A stretch of 64,000 nt of DNA, taken from NCBI GenBank assembly GCA_951812955.1, contig OX638340.1:1728001-1792000 (forward strand), in the 5' to 3' direction. Below are positions 37,529 through 47,689 of the stretch, one piece after another. The notes beneath the pieces were generated by a model. That model was not told where the DNA came from and made no database searches. It saw nothing but the letters and a program-made list of their open reading frames with translations. The position numbers and the translations under genes were made by a program. The stretch is from an uncultured Gemmatimonadota bacterium (lineage in GTDB: Bacteria; JAAXHH01). Each line of letters starts with the position of its first letter. Position 1 is the stretch's first letter.

Positions 37529-38278
37529 CTACGTCGCCGTCCAACCTCCGTCGGCCGATAAAACGGCACCCGTTGTCCATGCGGCCTCGTCCGAAGCCAG
37601 ATGCAAAATCGCGCGGGCAATCTCGTCAGGCGTGCCGAATCGGCCCATGGGATGGCGTTTCTTCAACCGGTCGTACAGGGTGGTATGATCCCGCACAGAT
37701 CTGTTCATAGGCGTGTGTACCCAGCCTGGGGCCACGGAATTGACCCGTATGCCGCGGTCGGCGTATTCGACGGCCAGGACGCGCGTCAGCTGGTCGAGGC
37801 CCGCCTTGGAAGCGCCATAGGCCGCCGCTCCCTTCATGCCCGTTTGCCCAAGGACGGAGCTGACATTGACAATACTCCCGGAGCCCTGGGCAATCATGCC
37901 TGGCAGTACCGCCCGGATGAGACGGAACGCACCGGAAAGATTGGTCCCGATGGTCTCGTCCCAGAGTTCGTCACTGATCTCATCGGCCCTCGTCAACGTC
38001 GACGTGCCCGCATTGTTCACCAGCACGTCGATACGGCCGAAAGCGGCCGTCGTTTCTTTGGCCATGCGCCGGCAATCTTCCGTTTTGGCCACATCCCCGG
38101 ACACGGCCACTACGCGTCCGCCGGCGGCCTTTATTGCGGCAACAACTTCATCGAGCGGCGCCTTCCGACGGCCCGTGACGCAGACCGCGGCGCCTTCCTC
38201 GGCGAAGAGGCGGGCCGTGGCGGCCCCGATCCCCGTACCGCCACCGGTAATAAGCGCGACACGATCTTTCATCCTCAC
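37529..38278 (-). CDS. SDR-family oxidoreductase
   Basis: TGGGTGIG cofactor motif, catalytic YxxxK (YGASK). 249 aa. Confidence 0.9.
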   Translation of the reverse strand: MRMKDRVALITGGGTGIGAATARLFAEEGAAVCVTGRRKAPLDEVVAAIKAAGGRVVAVSGDVAKTEDCRRMAKETTAAFGRIDVLVNNAGTSTLTRADEISDELWDETIGTNLSGAFRLIRAVLPGMIAQGSGSIVNVSSVLGQTGMKGAAAYGASKAGLDQLTRVLAVEYADRGIRVNSVAPGWVHTPMNRSVRDHTTLYDRLKKRHPMGRFGTPDEIARAILHLASDEAAWTTGAVLSADGGWTAT

Positions 38279-39138
38279 GGCCGGCTCTCCTCGAGAAACT
38301 TCTCGACCGGCGCGCCGTCGGTACGCGCACCTTCGATCAGTTCACTACCGGTTAACGCACCCTCTCCAAATATGACAGGAAATGTCTCTCCGGTTTTAAC
38401 CGCATGCGTAGCGGCATCCATGTAAGCAATACTGAAGGCCCGCCGCGGCTTGCCTGTCGGGTTCCGCGCCGAGCGGTGCAGGAGCAGGTTGTTCAGGAGG
38501 ATGGCCTCGCCCGCCTCGGCTTCCATGTGGATGCAATCTTCGTCCCTTGCGTACCTGGCCTGATCGGCTTCGGAAGGGAAGTGCATTTCATTGATGACCC
38601 CGTGTTTATGGCTGCCAGGCACCACCTGCATGCAGCCGTTTTCGACCGTCGCCGCATCGAGGGCGGTCCAGATCGTCACCTCCGGGTTCGAATCCAGCCC
38701 CCAACCGATGCCGACGTCCTGGTGCCAGGGTAGATGGGTGCCATGCTCGGCCGGTTTGTTCATGAACATGGCGCGGAAAATGGAGACGTTGGGACCGATG
38801 AGGGCCTCCGTAATCTCTCGAAATACCGGGTGCTGCATATACCCCAGGAATAGCGGATCCAGTTGCAGGTCGTCGATGCGCCGATATGCGAGTGTCCCTT
38901 CGCTTTCCTCGAAGGTCCTGGTCGGCAGTTTGCCGTATTCGCCCGTGGTCGTATCGCGCTGCATGGGCATGCCTTCGTACCGGACATTCCCCAGCATAAT
39001 TTCATCAATGCGGTCGCACATCGCCTGTAAATGGCCGCTTGAAGCTACCTGACCAAGGCGCAGGTAGCCGTCTTCGGCAAACCGTGCCACCTCCCTCATG
39101 CCGAACTGATGAATGGACATTGGCTCCTCCTTCTGCAT
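38275..39138 (-). CDS. Phytanoyl-CoA dioxygenase (PhyH) family Fe(II)/2-oxoglutarate oxygenase
   Basis: HxD...H facial triad context (LPWHQD..., VPGSHKHG). The 4-bp overlap with the downstream SDR gene start suggests an operon. Confidence 0.8.
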   Translation of the reverse strand: MQKEEPMSIHQFGMREVARFAEDGYLRLGQVASSGHLQAMCDRIDEIMLGNVRYEGMPMQRDTTTGEYGKLPTRTFEESEGTLAYRRIDDLQLDPLFLGYMQHPVFREITEALIGPNVSIFRAMFMNKPAEHGTHLPWHQDVGIGWGLDSNPEVTIWTALDAATVENGCMQVVPGSHKHGVINEMHFPSEADQARYARDEDCIHMEAEAGEAILLNNLLLHRSARNPTGKPRRAFSIAYMDAATHAVKTGETFPVIFGEGALTGSELIEGARTDGAPVEKFLEESRP

Positions 39139-39153
39139 CGCATCGATGGATCG

Positions 39154-39954
39154 CTACAGCACCCCGGCGAAACGAAAGAAGTTTTCCAGGATCTTCCGGC
39201 CGTGGGGATAGACATCCACATAGTATTCCGGATGGAACTGCGTGCCGTACAAAGGCCGCTCCCTGTGCTTTATCGCCTGGATCCGGCAGTTTTCGTTCGA
39301 CGCGATGAGGTCGAAATCCGGCGGCACCGTCTTCATCTCCGCATAGTGCGACTGCCGCACGATCACCGGATCGGGCAACTCATCGAACAGCGGATCCGGT
39401 TGCATCACGGTCACCGGGTGGAATCCCTCTTCGCAGAAATAGCCCAGGGCATCGGGATTGGGATCGAGAACGTCCGGTTCGCCCGGCAGCAGCGGCCGCA
39501 TCATCTCGTCCTCGAGCTGCGTCAGGTTTCGAAAGCCATTGTTGAACATGAACCCCATAAGTTGGTGGCTAGCGCACAGTCCCATGGTGGGCACGTCCGC
39601 CATCGCATTCATCGTATCTTCGAAGCCATAGAATGCATCGGGCTTGAAATGCTGGAAAAAGGTACCGCAACCGCTGAGCAAAATGGCCCGGGGATTCAAC
39701 GGCTTCACGATATCGGGCGTCATCTGCTCCTGGTGCAGCATCAGGCAGGGCTGCCCGGAAACGTCTTCGAGCCGCCGTTTCAACCAGAAATCCCGACCGT
39801 CTTTATTATAGGATTCCGGCGTCCCTATGCGAATCCAGATGATCAATTGACCCTCACGCGGTCCTCGCGCTTCAAGCCCTGCGGCCTTGTCAAAACGTGG
39901 TTTGAGGCTTACCGGATTGGTAATGCAGGATAAATAAACGAGGGGAAATTGCAA
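39154..39954 (-). CDS. Class I glutamine amidotransferase-like protein
   Basis: Catalytic triad context GLCASHQL (Cys) and TQFHPE (His-Glu). The start is uncertain. Confidence 0.7.
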   Translation of the reverse strand: MQFPLVYLSCITNPVSLKPRFDKAAGLEARGPREGQLIIWIRIGTPESYNKDGRDFWLKRRLEDVSGQPCLMLHQEQMTPDIVKPLNPRAILLSGCGTFFQHFKPDAFYGFEDTMNAMADVPTMGLCASHQLMGFMFNNGFRNLTQLEDEMMRPLLPGEPDVLDPNPDALGYFCEEGFHPVTVMQPDPLFDELPDPVIVRQSHYAEMKTVPPDFDLIASNENCRIQAIKHRERPLYGTQFHPEYYVDVYPHGRKILENFFRFAGVL

Positions 39955-40121
39955 GGCATTTCACCGTTCCCGTACATCGTCGGCGCAACCCTCCTGAACG
40001 TATTCCCGCGACCCGACACATTCCTCCGACCCCGGGAATATACCCTTGCTTTTCGCACCTTCCTATTTACTATGCATGGGATATCGTCCTACCAAACCAC
40101 TATACAAGCAAGGATTATGCG

Positions 40122-41054
40122 ATGATTGTCATGGCTACGAACAATGGCGACGTGGGCATCCGGCAGGCGGTGGCCGCGCTCAAGGAAGGAAAGACCGCGG
40201 TGGACGCCATCGAAATCGGCATTCGGGAGGTGGAGGTGCACCGGCCGGACCGAAGCGTGGGGCTCCACGGCTATCCCAATATCCTCGGCTATCCCCAGCT
40301 GGACGCGCTCATCATGGATGGACGCACCCGCGACGTGGGAGCCGTAGGCGCGGTGACGGGCTACGATCATCCGATCTCGATCGCCCGCTGCGTAATGGAA
40401 AAGCTGATCCACGTGTTTCTCGTTGCCGACGGCGCGGAGCGGTTCGCCAGCGAAATGGGCTTTGATAAAAGCACCTACGTGGATCCCGAAATGCCCGAGA
40501 TTTACGCGAAGCACGTGCGCGAGCAACTGGGGATCGACGATCCCGATGAAATTCAGCACACAAAGGAGCTTTGGAAGCTCAGCCACCTGGCCGTCGATCC
40601 GCAGAAGGCCGGGGGCACGACCAACTTCATCGCGCAGGACGGCAAGGGCGACATCTGCGTGGGCGTGAGCACGAGCGGCTGGGGGTGGAAGTACCCAGGC
40701 CGCCTTGGGGATTCCCCGGTCATCAGCGCGGGCGGTTTCGCGGACAATCGCTACGGCGCCGCAGCGTGCACGGGCACCGGCGAACTGGCTATCCGGACCG
40801 GCGCTGCGAGGAATGTGGTGACTTACATGAAGATGGGCATGTCCCTGGAGGAGGCCACGGCCGAGGGGCTGCGCGACATGAACGAGCTCGATTCCCAGCG
40901 CGTGGGCGGCGTACAGATCATCTCCCTGGACGCCAGCGGCGCCCATATGGCAGGCACCACCTCAGACCGGAAGGGCAGCCACGTTTTCATGACGGCCGAC
41001 ATGGACGAGCCGGAATTCGTCGACGGCATCTCGGTGCCGTACGAGGGCTCGTAG
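40122..41054 (+). CDS. Ntn-hydrolase isoaspartyl peptidase / L-asparaginase family protein
   Basis: Autoproteolytic site GTTNF (Thr nucleophile) and GAAACTGTGE glycine-rich loop. Confidence 0.85.
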   Translation: MIVMATNNGDVGIRQAVAALKEGKTAVDAIEIGIREVEVHRPDRSVGLHGYPNILGYPQLDALIMDGRTRDVGAVGAVTGYDHPISIARCVMEKLIHVFLVADGAERFASEMGFDKSTYVDPEMPEIYAKHVREQLGIDDPDEIQHTKELWKLSHLAVDPQKAGGTTNFIAQDGKGDICVGVSTSGWGWKYPGRLGDSPVISAGGFADNRYGAAACTGTGELAIRTGAARNVVTYMKMGMSLEEATAEGLRDMNELDSQRVGGVQIISLDASGAHMAGTTSDRKGSHVFMTADMDEPEFVDGISVPYEGS

Positions 41055-41234
41055 AAGGCATCTCTGTACCGCGTCAAATCGTAGAGCGTTCAGAAAAGGC
41101 ATCTCGGTACTATTCGAAAGCTCGTAAATAGAATCGGACGCGGTTGAACGGCGCGGTCAATCGGACGCCAAATTGGACGAAGACGATCGGAGTGTCGGCC
41201 GCGGAATCAAACGCGGCCAAACGGAGCAGCCCAG

Positions 41235-41966
41235 ATGAATCTTGAGAATGCCATAGCCCATCTCGACGAACACGGTTACGTCGTGCTCAGGAAGGCGTTG
41301 ACCCCGGAAAAGGCTGATGACTTGCGTAATCGCTCGGCTGAGTGTGTTGCGTCGGAAAAGGCCGATGGGGAACACGTCTACTTCGACGGACAGGCGCAGC
41401 GGGTGTGGAATCTGGTCAACAAGGGCCGTATTTTCGAGGAGATGATCCAGCTGCCCCAGGTACTTGCGCTCCACGAACACCTGCTCGGTGACGATTGCAT
41501 TCTGAGTAGTTTTACCGTCAATCTCATCGGCCCGGGCGCCCCTGCAGGCGGCCTGCACGTAGACTTTCCGCTGGGACGATTTCCGCAGCCCGCGCCGCCC
41601 TTCGCCTTCTGCTCCAACACGATATTCGTGCTCGACGACTTCACGTCCGAGAACGGAGCCACGCAGATCGTCCCGGGCAGCTACAAGCGCGGCACCCCGC
41701 CCGAACCGGAAAAGGAGTACGACGACGTCATCCAGCTGGACGCCCGCAAGGGCGACATCGTCATCATCCACGGCGCGACATGGCACAGCAGCGGCGCCAA
41801 TCGCACCGAGCAGGAACGGATGATCCTGCTGGGGTTTTTCTGCCGCTCGTTCATGAAGCCGCAACAGGATCAGTTCAGGCTGGCGAGCCCCGAGGTCGTC
41901 GAACGGGCGACACCAACCCTGAAACGATTGCTGGGATTCGAATCGCAGTCGGGATTGCGGAATTGA
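41235..41966 (+). CDS. Phytanoyl-CoA dioxygenase (PhyH) family protein
   Basis: HVDFP ... HGATWHSSGANRT motif arrangement of PhyH-family oxygenases. Confidence 0.75.
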   Translation: MNLENAIAHLDEHGYVVLRKALTPEKADDLRNRSAECVASEKADGEHVYFDGQAQRVWNLVNKGRIFEEMIQLPQVLALHEHLLGDDCILSSFTVNLIGPGAPAGGLHVDFPLGRFPQPAPPFAFCSNTIFVLDDFTSENGATQIVPGSYKRGTPPEPEKEYDDVIQLDARKGDIVIIHGATWHSSGANRTEQERMILLGFFCRSFMKPQQDQFRLASPEVVERATPTLKRLLGFESQSGLRN

Positions 41967-42071
41967 GCGTAAGAGCGGAACCGAGCGGAAGAGCGTAATT
42001 GATTCTGCTATCTGCTTGTCGAATGGTTCGAAACTCAAACTTCCCCTTCATATCAGAGAGAAAGAGACCAT

Positions 42072-42830
42072 ATGGCTGACACCCCTTCCCCGGACATCGT
42101 CCCCAAGACCTACACCTGTTACCGGGCCTGCGGCCCCATCGCGATCGACGGAAAGTTGAGCGATCCGTCCTGGATCCGCGCGCCGCGCACCGACCTCTTC
42201 GTCGACATAGAGGGGGACCTCAAGCCCATTCCGCGGTTCGGCACGCGCGCCATGATGCTGTGGGACGACGAGTACTTCTACGTAGCGGCGGACATGGAGG
42301 AGCCGGACGTGTGGGGCACGCTGACCAAGCGCGATTCGGTCATCTGCAACGACAACGACTTCGAGGTCTTCATCGATCCCGACTCCGACACCAACCACTA
42401 CATGGAATTCGAGATCAACCCCCTGAATGCCGCCTGGGACCTCTACCTGCCGAAGCCCTACAGCAAGGGCGGCCAGGCGGATCACGACTGGGATTTCGTG
42501 GGTGTGCAACACGCCGTCCACATCGACGGCACCGTCAACTGTTCCCACGACGTGGACCGCGGCTGGTCCACCGAGATTGCCTTCCCCTGGACCAGCATGG
42601 CCGAATACGCCGGTGTCGACTGCCCACCGAAAACCGGGGATTCCTGGCGAGTCAACTTCTCGCGTGTCGAATGGGAATACGAACGGTATAAGGACGGCTA
42701 TCTGCGCAAAGAGGGCGTTCCGTGCGACAACTGGGTCTGGTCACCGCAAGGCGTGATCAACATGCACGTCCCCGAGATGTGGGGGCACGTCGTTTTCTCG
42801 GATACGGTGGTGGGTACGAAGGAGATGTAG
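42072..42830 (+). CDS. Carbohydrate-binding-module family 9-like protein
   Basis: The aromatic-rich beta-sandwich pattern (WDDEYFYVAADMEE, WRVNFSRVEWEY) resembles CBM9-like sugar-binding domains. Confidence 0.5.
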   Translation: MADTPSPDIVPKTYTCYRACGPIAIDGKLSDPSWIRAPRTDLFVDIEGDLKPIPRFGTRAMMLWDDEYFYVAADMEEPDVWGTLTKRDSVICNDNDFEVFIDPDSDTNHYMEFEINPLNAAWDLYLPKPYSKGGQADHDWDFVGVQHAVHIDGTVNCSHDVDRGWSTEIAFPWTSMAEYAGVDCPPKTGDSWRVNFSRVEWEYERYKDGYLRKEGVPCDNWVWSPQGVINMHVPEMWGHVVFSDTVVGTKEM

Positions 42831-42836
42831 CCAGGC

Positions 42837-43283
42837 GTGAATACTTATAGCCACACCCAGTTCGGAACAGTCAACGTCGTCATCGTTATCGCCATCCTGC
42901 CGTTGGTCTTACTGCCTGCATGGCTGGCCGGAGCAGCCCCCATAGCCGGGCTGATCCTGATCCTCCTCCTGGGGATCCTAGTGCTGTTCTACAACCTGAC
43001 CGTCACAATCGATGACGCGCATCTTCGCATCCGCTTCGGGATCGGCATAATCCGCAAGAGGTTCCCCCTCGACCAGATCGACACTTGCCGACCGGTCAGA
43101 AATTCCTGGCTTTATGGGTGGGGAATCCGGCTAACGCATCGAGGCTGGCTTTACAACGTATCGGGACTGGAGGCAGTGGAACTGAAGATGAAGAGCGGTA
43201 AGACCTGTCGCATCGGGACGGACGAGCCCGCGGCACTGGCTGCCGCCATCAAGGAGAGGTTGGACAACCTGAGACCTGCGTAG
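42837..43283 (+). CDS. Small membrane protein (DUF3093/PH-domain-like)
   Basis: Two N-terminal TM helices followed by a small soluble domain. Last G+C-rich gene before the AT-rich island. Confidence 0.45.
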   Translation: MNTYSHTQFGTVNVVIVIAILPLVLLPAWLAGAAPIAGLILILLLGILVLFYNLTVTIDDAHLRIRFGIGIIRKRFPLDQIDTCRPVRNSWLYGWGIRLTHRGWLYNVSGLEAVELKMKSGKTCRIGTDEPAALAAAIKERLDNLRPA

Positions 43284-43947
43284 AAATAAGATCCTGACCA
43301 GGCGGATCCAGGGATCATCGGACTTATATCTTCGGTCTTATATCTTCGGTCTTAAATTTCTCGTCGATTTAAGAGTAAACCCGATATGCCCAGACCTACT
43401 GCTTTTCTCGCAACATAGCCTTGATTTCAGACACCTCGGATTCGATGTTTTTCAAGCTGCCTTTGATTTCAGTTACAAGGGCGTTTGTTTCGGCCCACAG
43501 ATCTGGAATCTTGCCGAATACATTTGCTTGCTGACCAACCTTTTTTGATAACCAGTTCATCGGCATCCTCTTTCATTTTCGAAATGTCTTAACGGGTGGC
43601 CGTGTTATTGAGTCCTTCCCATCTATCCGTCCTAACACTGCTATTTCGATACTATTGCGTTTTACAGGCCGAAGTAAAGAAGATCCTGAACTCATCTGAT
43701 GAATCAGCGGATTTCTGCCTTTGTCATTTCTGATTCTCCAGGTGTTCTTCCGTTTTCTGGTTCACTCGTTTGATCACGTAACCTTGAAATCGGTGGCGCA
43801 AATTCCGTGAATGTATAACCTCACTAGAATACAGTGGACTAGAAGCGAGATTTCTCGTGTTTTTATCAGAATTGTGAGTAAATGTTAACATTGAAAAACT
43901 AGGTTCCTTTATCTTTCTCCTCCCTTTATAACACAACTGAACGTTCG

Positions 43948-43985
43948 AGAATTACCCATACACAGGTGAATTACCCATACACAGG
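43948..43985. repeat. Perfect 19-bp direct repeat GAATTACCCATACACAGGT x2, 30 bp upstream of hsdR
   Basis: Copies at 43948-43966 and 43967-43985. Confidence 0.85.
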
Positions 43986-44015
43986 TATAGATCAAAAGCA
44001 AAACGGATATACAGC

Positions 44016-46781
44016 ATGCAGAGCGCCAACCAAACACCTGAACAGAAGGCACGAGACATCATCGACGTCAGGCTGGAACGCGCTGGCTGGAACTTACAGT
44101 CGAAGAACGAGATCGACTTCAGCGCTGGTCGCGGTATTGCCGTTCGCGAGTATCCGACAGACATAGGCCCCGCGGATTACGTCCTTTTTGTCGACAAGAA
44201 ACCAACCGGCGTGGTTGAGGCCAAACCTGCCACGCAGGGTCAAAATATCACGACTGTCGAGGAGCAGTCATCTGGTTATGCCAATGCCAACCTCAAGTGG
44301 GTAGACAACAAAGAGCCACTCCCCTTTGTCTACGAATCTACCGGCGAGCTCACGAGGTTCACCGACAGTCGCGACCCGAATCCTCGCTCACGAGAAGTGT
44401 TCAGCTTCCATCGGCCAGAGACCATGGCGAACTGGCTCAGCCAGTCCAATCCACTGCGTGAGCGGCTCCAGGGGCTGCCGGAATTGGATGTCAAAGGACT
44501 CAGGGCGTGCCAGATAAACGCCATCGAGAACCTTGAAACATCCTTCAAAAAGGACCACCCTCGCGCCCTCATTCAGATGGCTACCGGCTCCGGTAAAACC
44601 TACACAGCCATTACCTCGATCTACCGACTGCTCAAGCACGCTGACGCCAGGCGAGTCCTCTTCCTTGTAGACACCAGAAACCTCGGCGAACAGGCCGAAC
44701 AGGAATTCATGGCCTACGTGCCCGGTGACGACAACCGCAAGTTCACCGAGCTGTACAACGTCCAGCGCCTCAAATCGTCCTACGTCGCCAACGACAGCCA
44801 GGTCTGCATCAGCACGATCCAGCGTATGTATTCGATTCTGAGGGACGAGGAACTGGATGACGCTACAGAGCAAATCAACCCGGCGGAAATGGTGCAGCCC
44901 AAAAAACCAGTGCCGGTTGCCTATAACGAGAAGATCCCACCGGAGTTCTTCGACTTCATCATCATCGACGAATGCCACCGCTCGATTTACAACCTGTGGC
45001 GGCAAGTCCTCGAGTATTTTGATGCCTATCTCATCGGCCTGACTGCTACGCCGGACAACCGAACCTATGGATTCTTCCGAAAGAACGTGGTCAGTGAATA
45101 CCCACATGAGGAAGCCGTCGCCGACGGCGTAAACGTCGGCAACGAAGTCTATGTCATCGACACGGAAAGGACAAAGCACGGCGGAAGACTCAAGGCGGAG
45201 CAGCAAGTTGAAAAACGCGAGCGCCTGACGCGGCTCAAACGCTGGGAGATTCAGGACGAGGACGTCACCTACACCGCCAAGGAACTCGACCGGTCCGTCG
45301 TCAACCCCGACCAGATCCGCACCGTCATCCGCACTTTCCGTGACAAACTGCCTGAGATATTCCCGGGCCGCGCCGAAGTCCCGAAGACGCTCGTTTTTGC
45401 AAAGACCGACAGCCATGCCGACGACGTCATCCAGACCGTGCGCGAAGAATTCGGCGAAAGTAACGAGTTCTGCAAGAAGGTCACTTACAAAACCGAAGAA
45501 GACCCGAAATCCGTCCTCGCCCAGTTCCGCAACGACTACTATCCGCGCATCGCGGTAACCGTGGATATGATCGCCACGGGTACCGACGTAAAGCCGCTCG
45601 AATGCCTGCTCTTCATGCGTGACGTGAGGAGCCGTAACTATTTCGAGCAGATGAAAGGTCGTGGCACCCGCACCCTCGACCATGACGATCTCAGACAGGT
45701 CTCGCCCTCCGCCGCCAGCGGAAAGACCCACTACGTGATCGTGGACACCGTAGGGGTCACGAAATCGCTCAAGACCGCCAGCCAGCCGCTCGTCACCAAG
45801 CCCTCCGTGCCACTCAGGGACCTCCTCATGGGGGTGATGATGGGCGCATGCGATGAAGACACGGTGAGTTCGCTCGCCGGGCGCCTCGCGCGGCTTGATC
45901 AACAACTCGATTCCGCCGATAAAGAGCGGATCAAGAAGCAAGCCGGCGGTATCGAACTCACTCAAATCGTTGGCGATCTACTTGCCGCCATCGACCCTGA
46001 TCGCATTCAGGAAAAGGCGCATGGAATCGAACCCGTGCCCGACGGTGTTGAACCACCACCTGCCGTTTGCGAGAAGGCCCGGGAGCAGCTGGTCCATGAC
46101 GCAGCCGACGTGTTCAACGGCGAACTGGTCGAATTGATCGACTCGATACGTCGCGACAAGGATCAGACGATCGACCATGACAGCTTGGACAAGGTAACCC
46201 GCGCCGAATGGGAAGGCGACACGCGCGAGAACGCCGAAGCCATAGCGCAGGACTTCCGGCAGTATCTCGAAGCGAATCGCGATGAGATCGAAGCGCTGAC
46301 CATCTTCTTCGCCCAACCGCACCGTCGCCGGGAGTTGACGTACGCCATGATTCGTGAAGTCTTCGATAGACTGAAGAGCGACCAGCCTCGACTGGTCCCA
46401 TTACGGGTCTGGCAGGCCTATGTTCTGCTCGACGAATACAAAGGCGGTCAGCCAATCAGCGAACTGACTGCGCTTGTAGCGTTGATTCGCCGTGCCTGTG
46501 GCATCGATGGAAAGCTTTCGCCCTATTCGGAAACCGTGCGCCGGAATTTCCGGGACTGGATCATGAAGCGACACAGCGGTAGCGGAGAGAAGTTCAACGA
46601 CGAGCAGATGGACTGGCTGCGAATGATCCGCGAACACATCATCACTTCGTTTCATCTTGAACGCGATGATCTGGATTTAGCACCATTCGATAGCAGGGGT
46701 GGAATGGGGCAGATGTACAAGCTCTTCGGTGACCAGATGGATGAATTGATTGGCGAGTTGAATGAGATACTGGCGGCGTAA
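44016..46781 (+). CDS. hsdR: Type I restriction enzyme R (endonuclease/translocase) subunit
   Basis: N-terminal PD-(D/E)xK nuclease core (D...VVEAKP). SF2 helicase motif I QMATGSGKTYTAI and motif II DECHRS. 921 aa. Confidence 0.93.
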   Translation: MQSANQTPEQKARDIIDVRLERAGWNLQSKNEIDFSAGRGIAVREYPTDIGPADYVLFVDKKPTGVVEAKPATQGQNITTVEEQSSGYANANLKWVDNKEPLPFVYESTGELTRFTDSRDPNPRSREVFSFHRPETMANWLSQSNPLRERLQGLPELDVKGLRACQINAIENLETSFKKDHPRALIQMATGSGKTYTAITSIYRLLKHADARRVLFLVDTRNLGEQAEQEFMAYVPGDDNRKFTELYNVQRLKSSYVANDSQVCISTIQRMYSILRDEELDDATEQINPAEMVQPKKPVPVAYNEKIPPEFFDFIIIDECHRSIYNLWRQVLEYFDAYLIGLTATPDNRTYGFFRKNVVSEYPHEEAVADGVNVGNEVYVIDTERTKHGGRLKAEQQVEKRERLTRLKRWEIQDEDVTYTAKELDRSVVNPDQIRTVIRTFRDKLPEIFPGRAEVPKTLVFAKTDSHADDVIQTVREEFGESNEFCKKVTYKTEEDPKSVLAQFRNDYYPRIAVTVDMIATGTDVKPLECLLFMRDVRSRNYFEQMKGRGTRTLDHDDLRQVSPSAASGKTHYVIVDTVGVTKSLKTASQPLVTKPSVPLRDLLMGVMMGACDEDTVSSLAGRLARLDQQLDSADKERIKKQAGGIELTQIVGDLLAAIDPDRIQEKAHGIEPVPDGVEPPPAVCEKAREQLVHDAADVFNGELVELIDSIRRDKDQTIDHDSLDKVTRAEWEGDTRENAEAIAQDFRQYLEANRDEIEALTIFFAQPHRRRELTYAMIREVFDRLKSDQPRLVPLRVWQAYVLLDEYKGGQPISELTALVALIRRACGIDGKLSPYSETVRRNFRDWIMKRHSGSGEKFNDEQMDWLRMIREHIITSFHLERDDLDLAPFDSRGGMGQMYKLFGDQMDELIGELNEILAA

Positions 46782-46928
46782 GTCGGTCTTTTGCCAGGCT
46801 TCTTACTGCTGCTCCCTTCTGCCGCACTACTTTACATATTGACCATTATCTTTACATCATGTAGTTTTTCTTGGTATATTATAGCAAGTAAAGAAATTCA
46901 ATAATACTCCAACAATTGATCTGCATCA

Positions 46929-47177
46929 TTGGAGCGTATCGTGCCCAAAGTCAGCGCCAAGCGACAGATAACGCTTCCGGCTGATCAGTGCCGTCTGGTC
47001 GGTATCGAGCCAGGCGACGAGTGCCAGAGTTTCGTGGCCGATGGCCGCATTACCATAGTCCGCCAGGAGCCCGGCAGCGCCTGGGGATGTCTGTCGCATC
47101 TCGAAGGGGATCAGACGGTTTCAGACGAGGAGTCGCGCCAGAACGCCATGGAGAGAAAGCGGGACCAAACGCCTTGA
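46929..47177 (+). CDS. vapB: AbrB/SpoVT/MazE-fold antitoxin (VapB-like)
   Basis: Swapped-hairpin segment SAKRQITLPADQCRLVGIEPGDE. The stop overlaps the start of a PIN-domain gene. Confidence 0.7.
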   Translation: MERIVPKVSAKRQITLPADQCRLVGIEPGDECQSFVADGRITIVRQEPGSAWGCLSHLEGDQTVSDEESRQNAMERKRDQTP

Positions 47178-47575
47178 TCGCAATCGACACCAATGTCCTG
47201 CTGCGCTATCTCCTGAAAGATGATGAGGCGCAGGCTGAACGGGCGCGTAGCGTTATCGAGTGCGGCGAGCGCGTGCTCATTACGGACGTGGTACTGGCGG
47301 AAACGGTATGGACGTTAGCCGGCCGCAGATATCGCGCGAGCCGGACCGATCTGATCGATCTGGTCAACAAACTGCTGCAAGATGCCAACCTGTGCTTTGA
47401 GGATGACGAAGTGGTCTGGAGCGCCCTGCAGGCCTTTCGCAGGACGGAGGCGGACTTCGCCGACGCCCTGATCGTGTGCAAGGCCAGAAAGACGGTCCCC
47501 GCCGGCGACGAGTTGAGCGCGGTTTACACCTTCGATGATACCGCCTTGCAGTTGCCCGGTACCGCAGAGCCGTAG
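47174..47575 (+). CDS. vapC: PIN-domain ribonuclease toxin (VapC-like)
   Basis: TTG at 47174 overlaps the vapB TGA (TTGA). PIN acidic residues IAIDTNVLL ... ITDVVLAE ... DFADALI. The track ORF is over-extended upstream. Confidence 0.72.
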   Translation: MIAIDTNVLLRYLLKDDEAQAERARSVIECGERVLITDVVLAETVWTLAGRRYRASRTDLIDLVNKLLQDANLCFEDDEVVWSALQAFRRTEADFADALIVCKARKTVPAGDELSAVYTFDDTALQLPGTAEP

Positions 47576-47689
47576 CGCGTGTCTGGTGTATCGGCGCACG
47601 GGAAGTATGCCGGTATCTTTGTGAGTAGATGGATGAAGTTACTGATGAGTTGAATGAGGCGTTGGTGGCGTCTTTGACGGACTGATTTT

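Noticed and set aside
43284-44015. tRNA gene or integrase at the island's left boundary, including a 54-aa coiled-coil ORF at 43397..43560 on the minus strand
   Set aside because: No cloverleaf-compatible sequence (no GGTTCGAATCC-type T-arm) was found. The small ORF has no RBS or homology support, so it is left uncalled.
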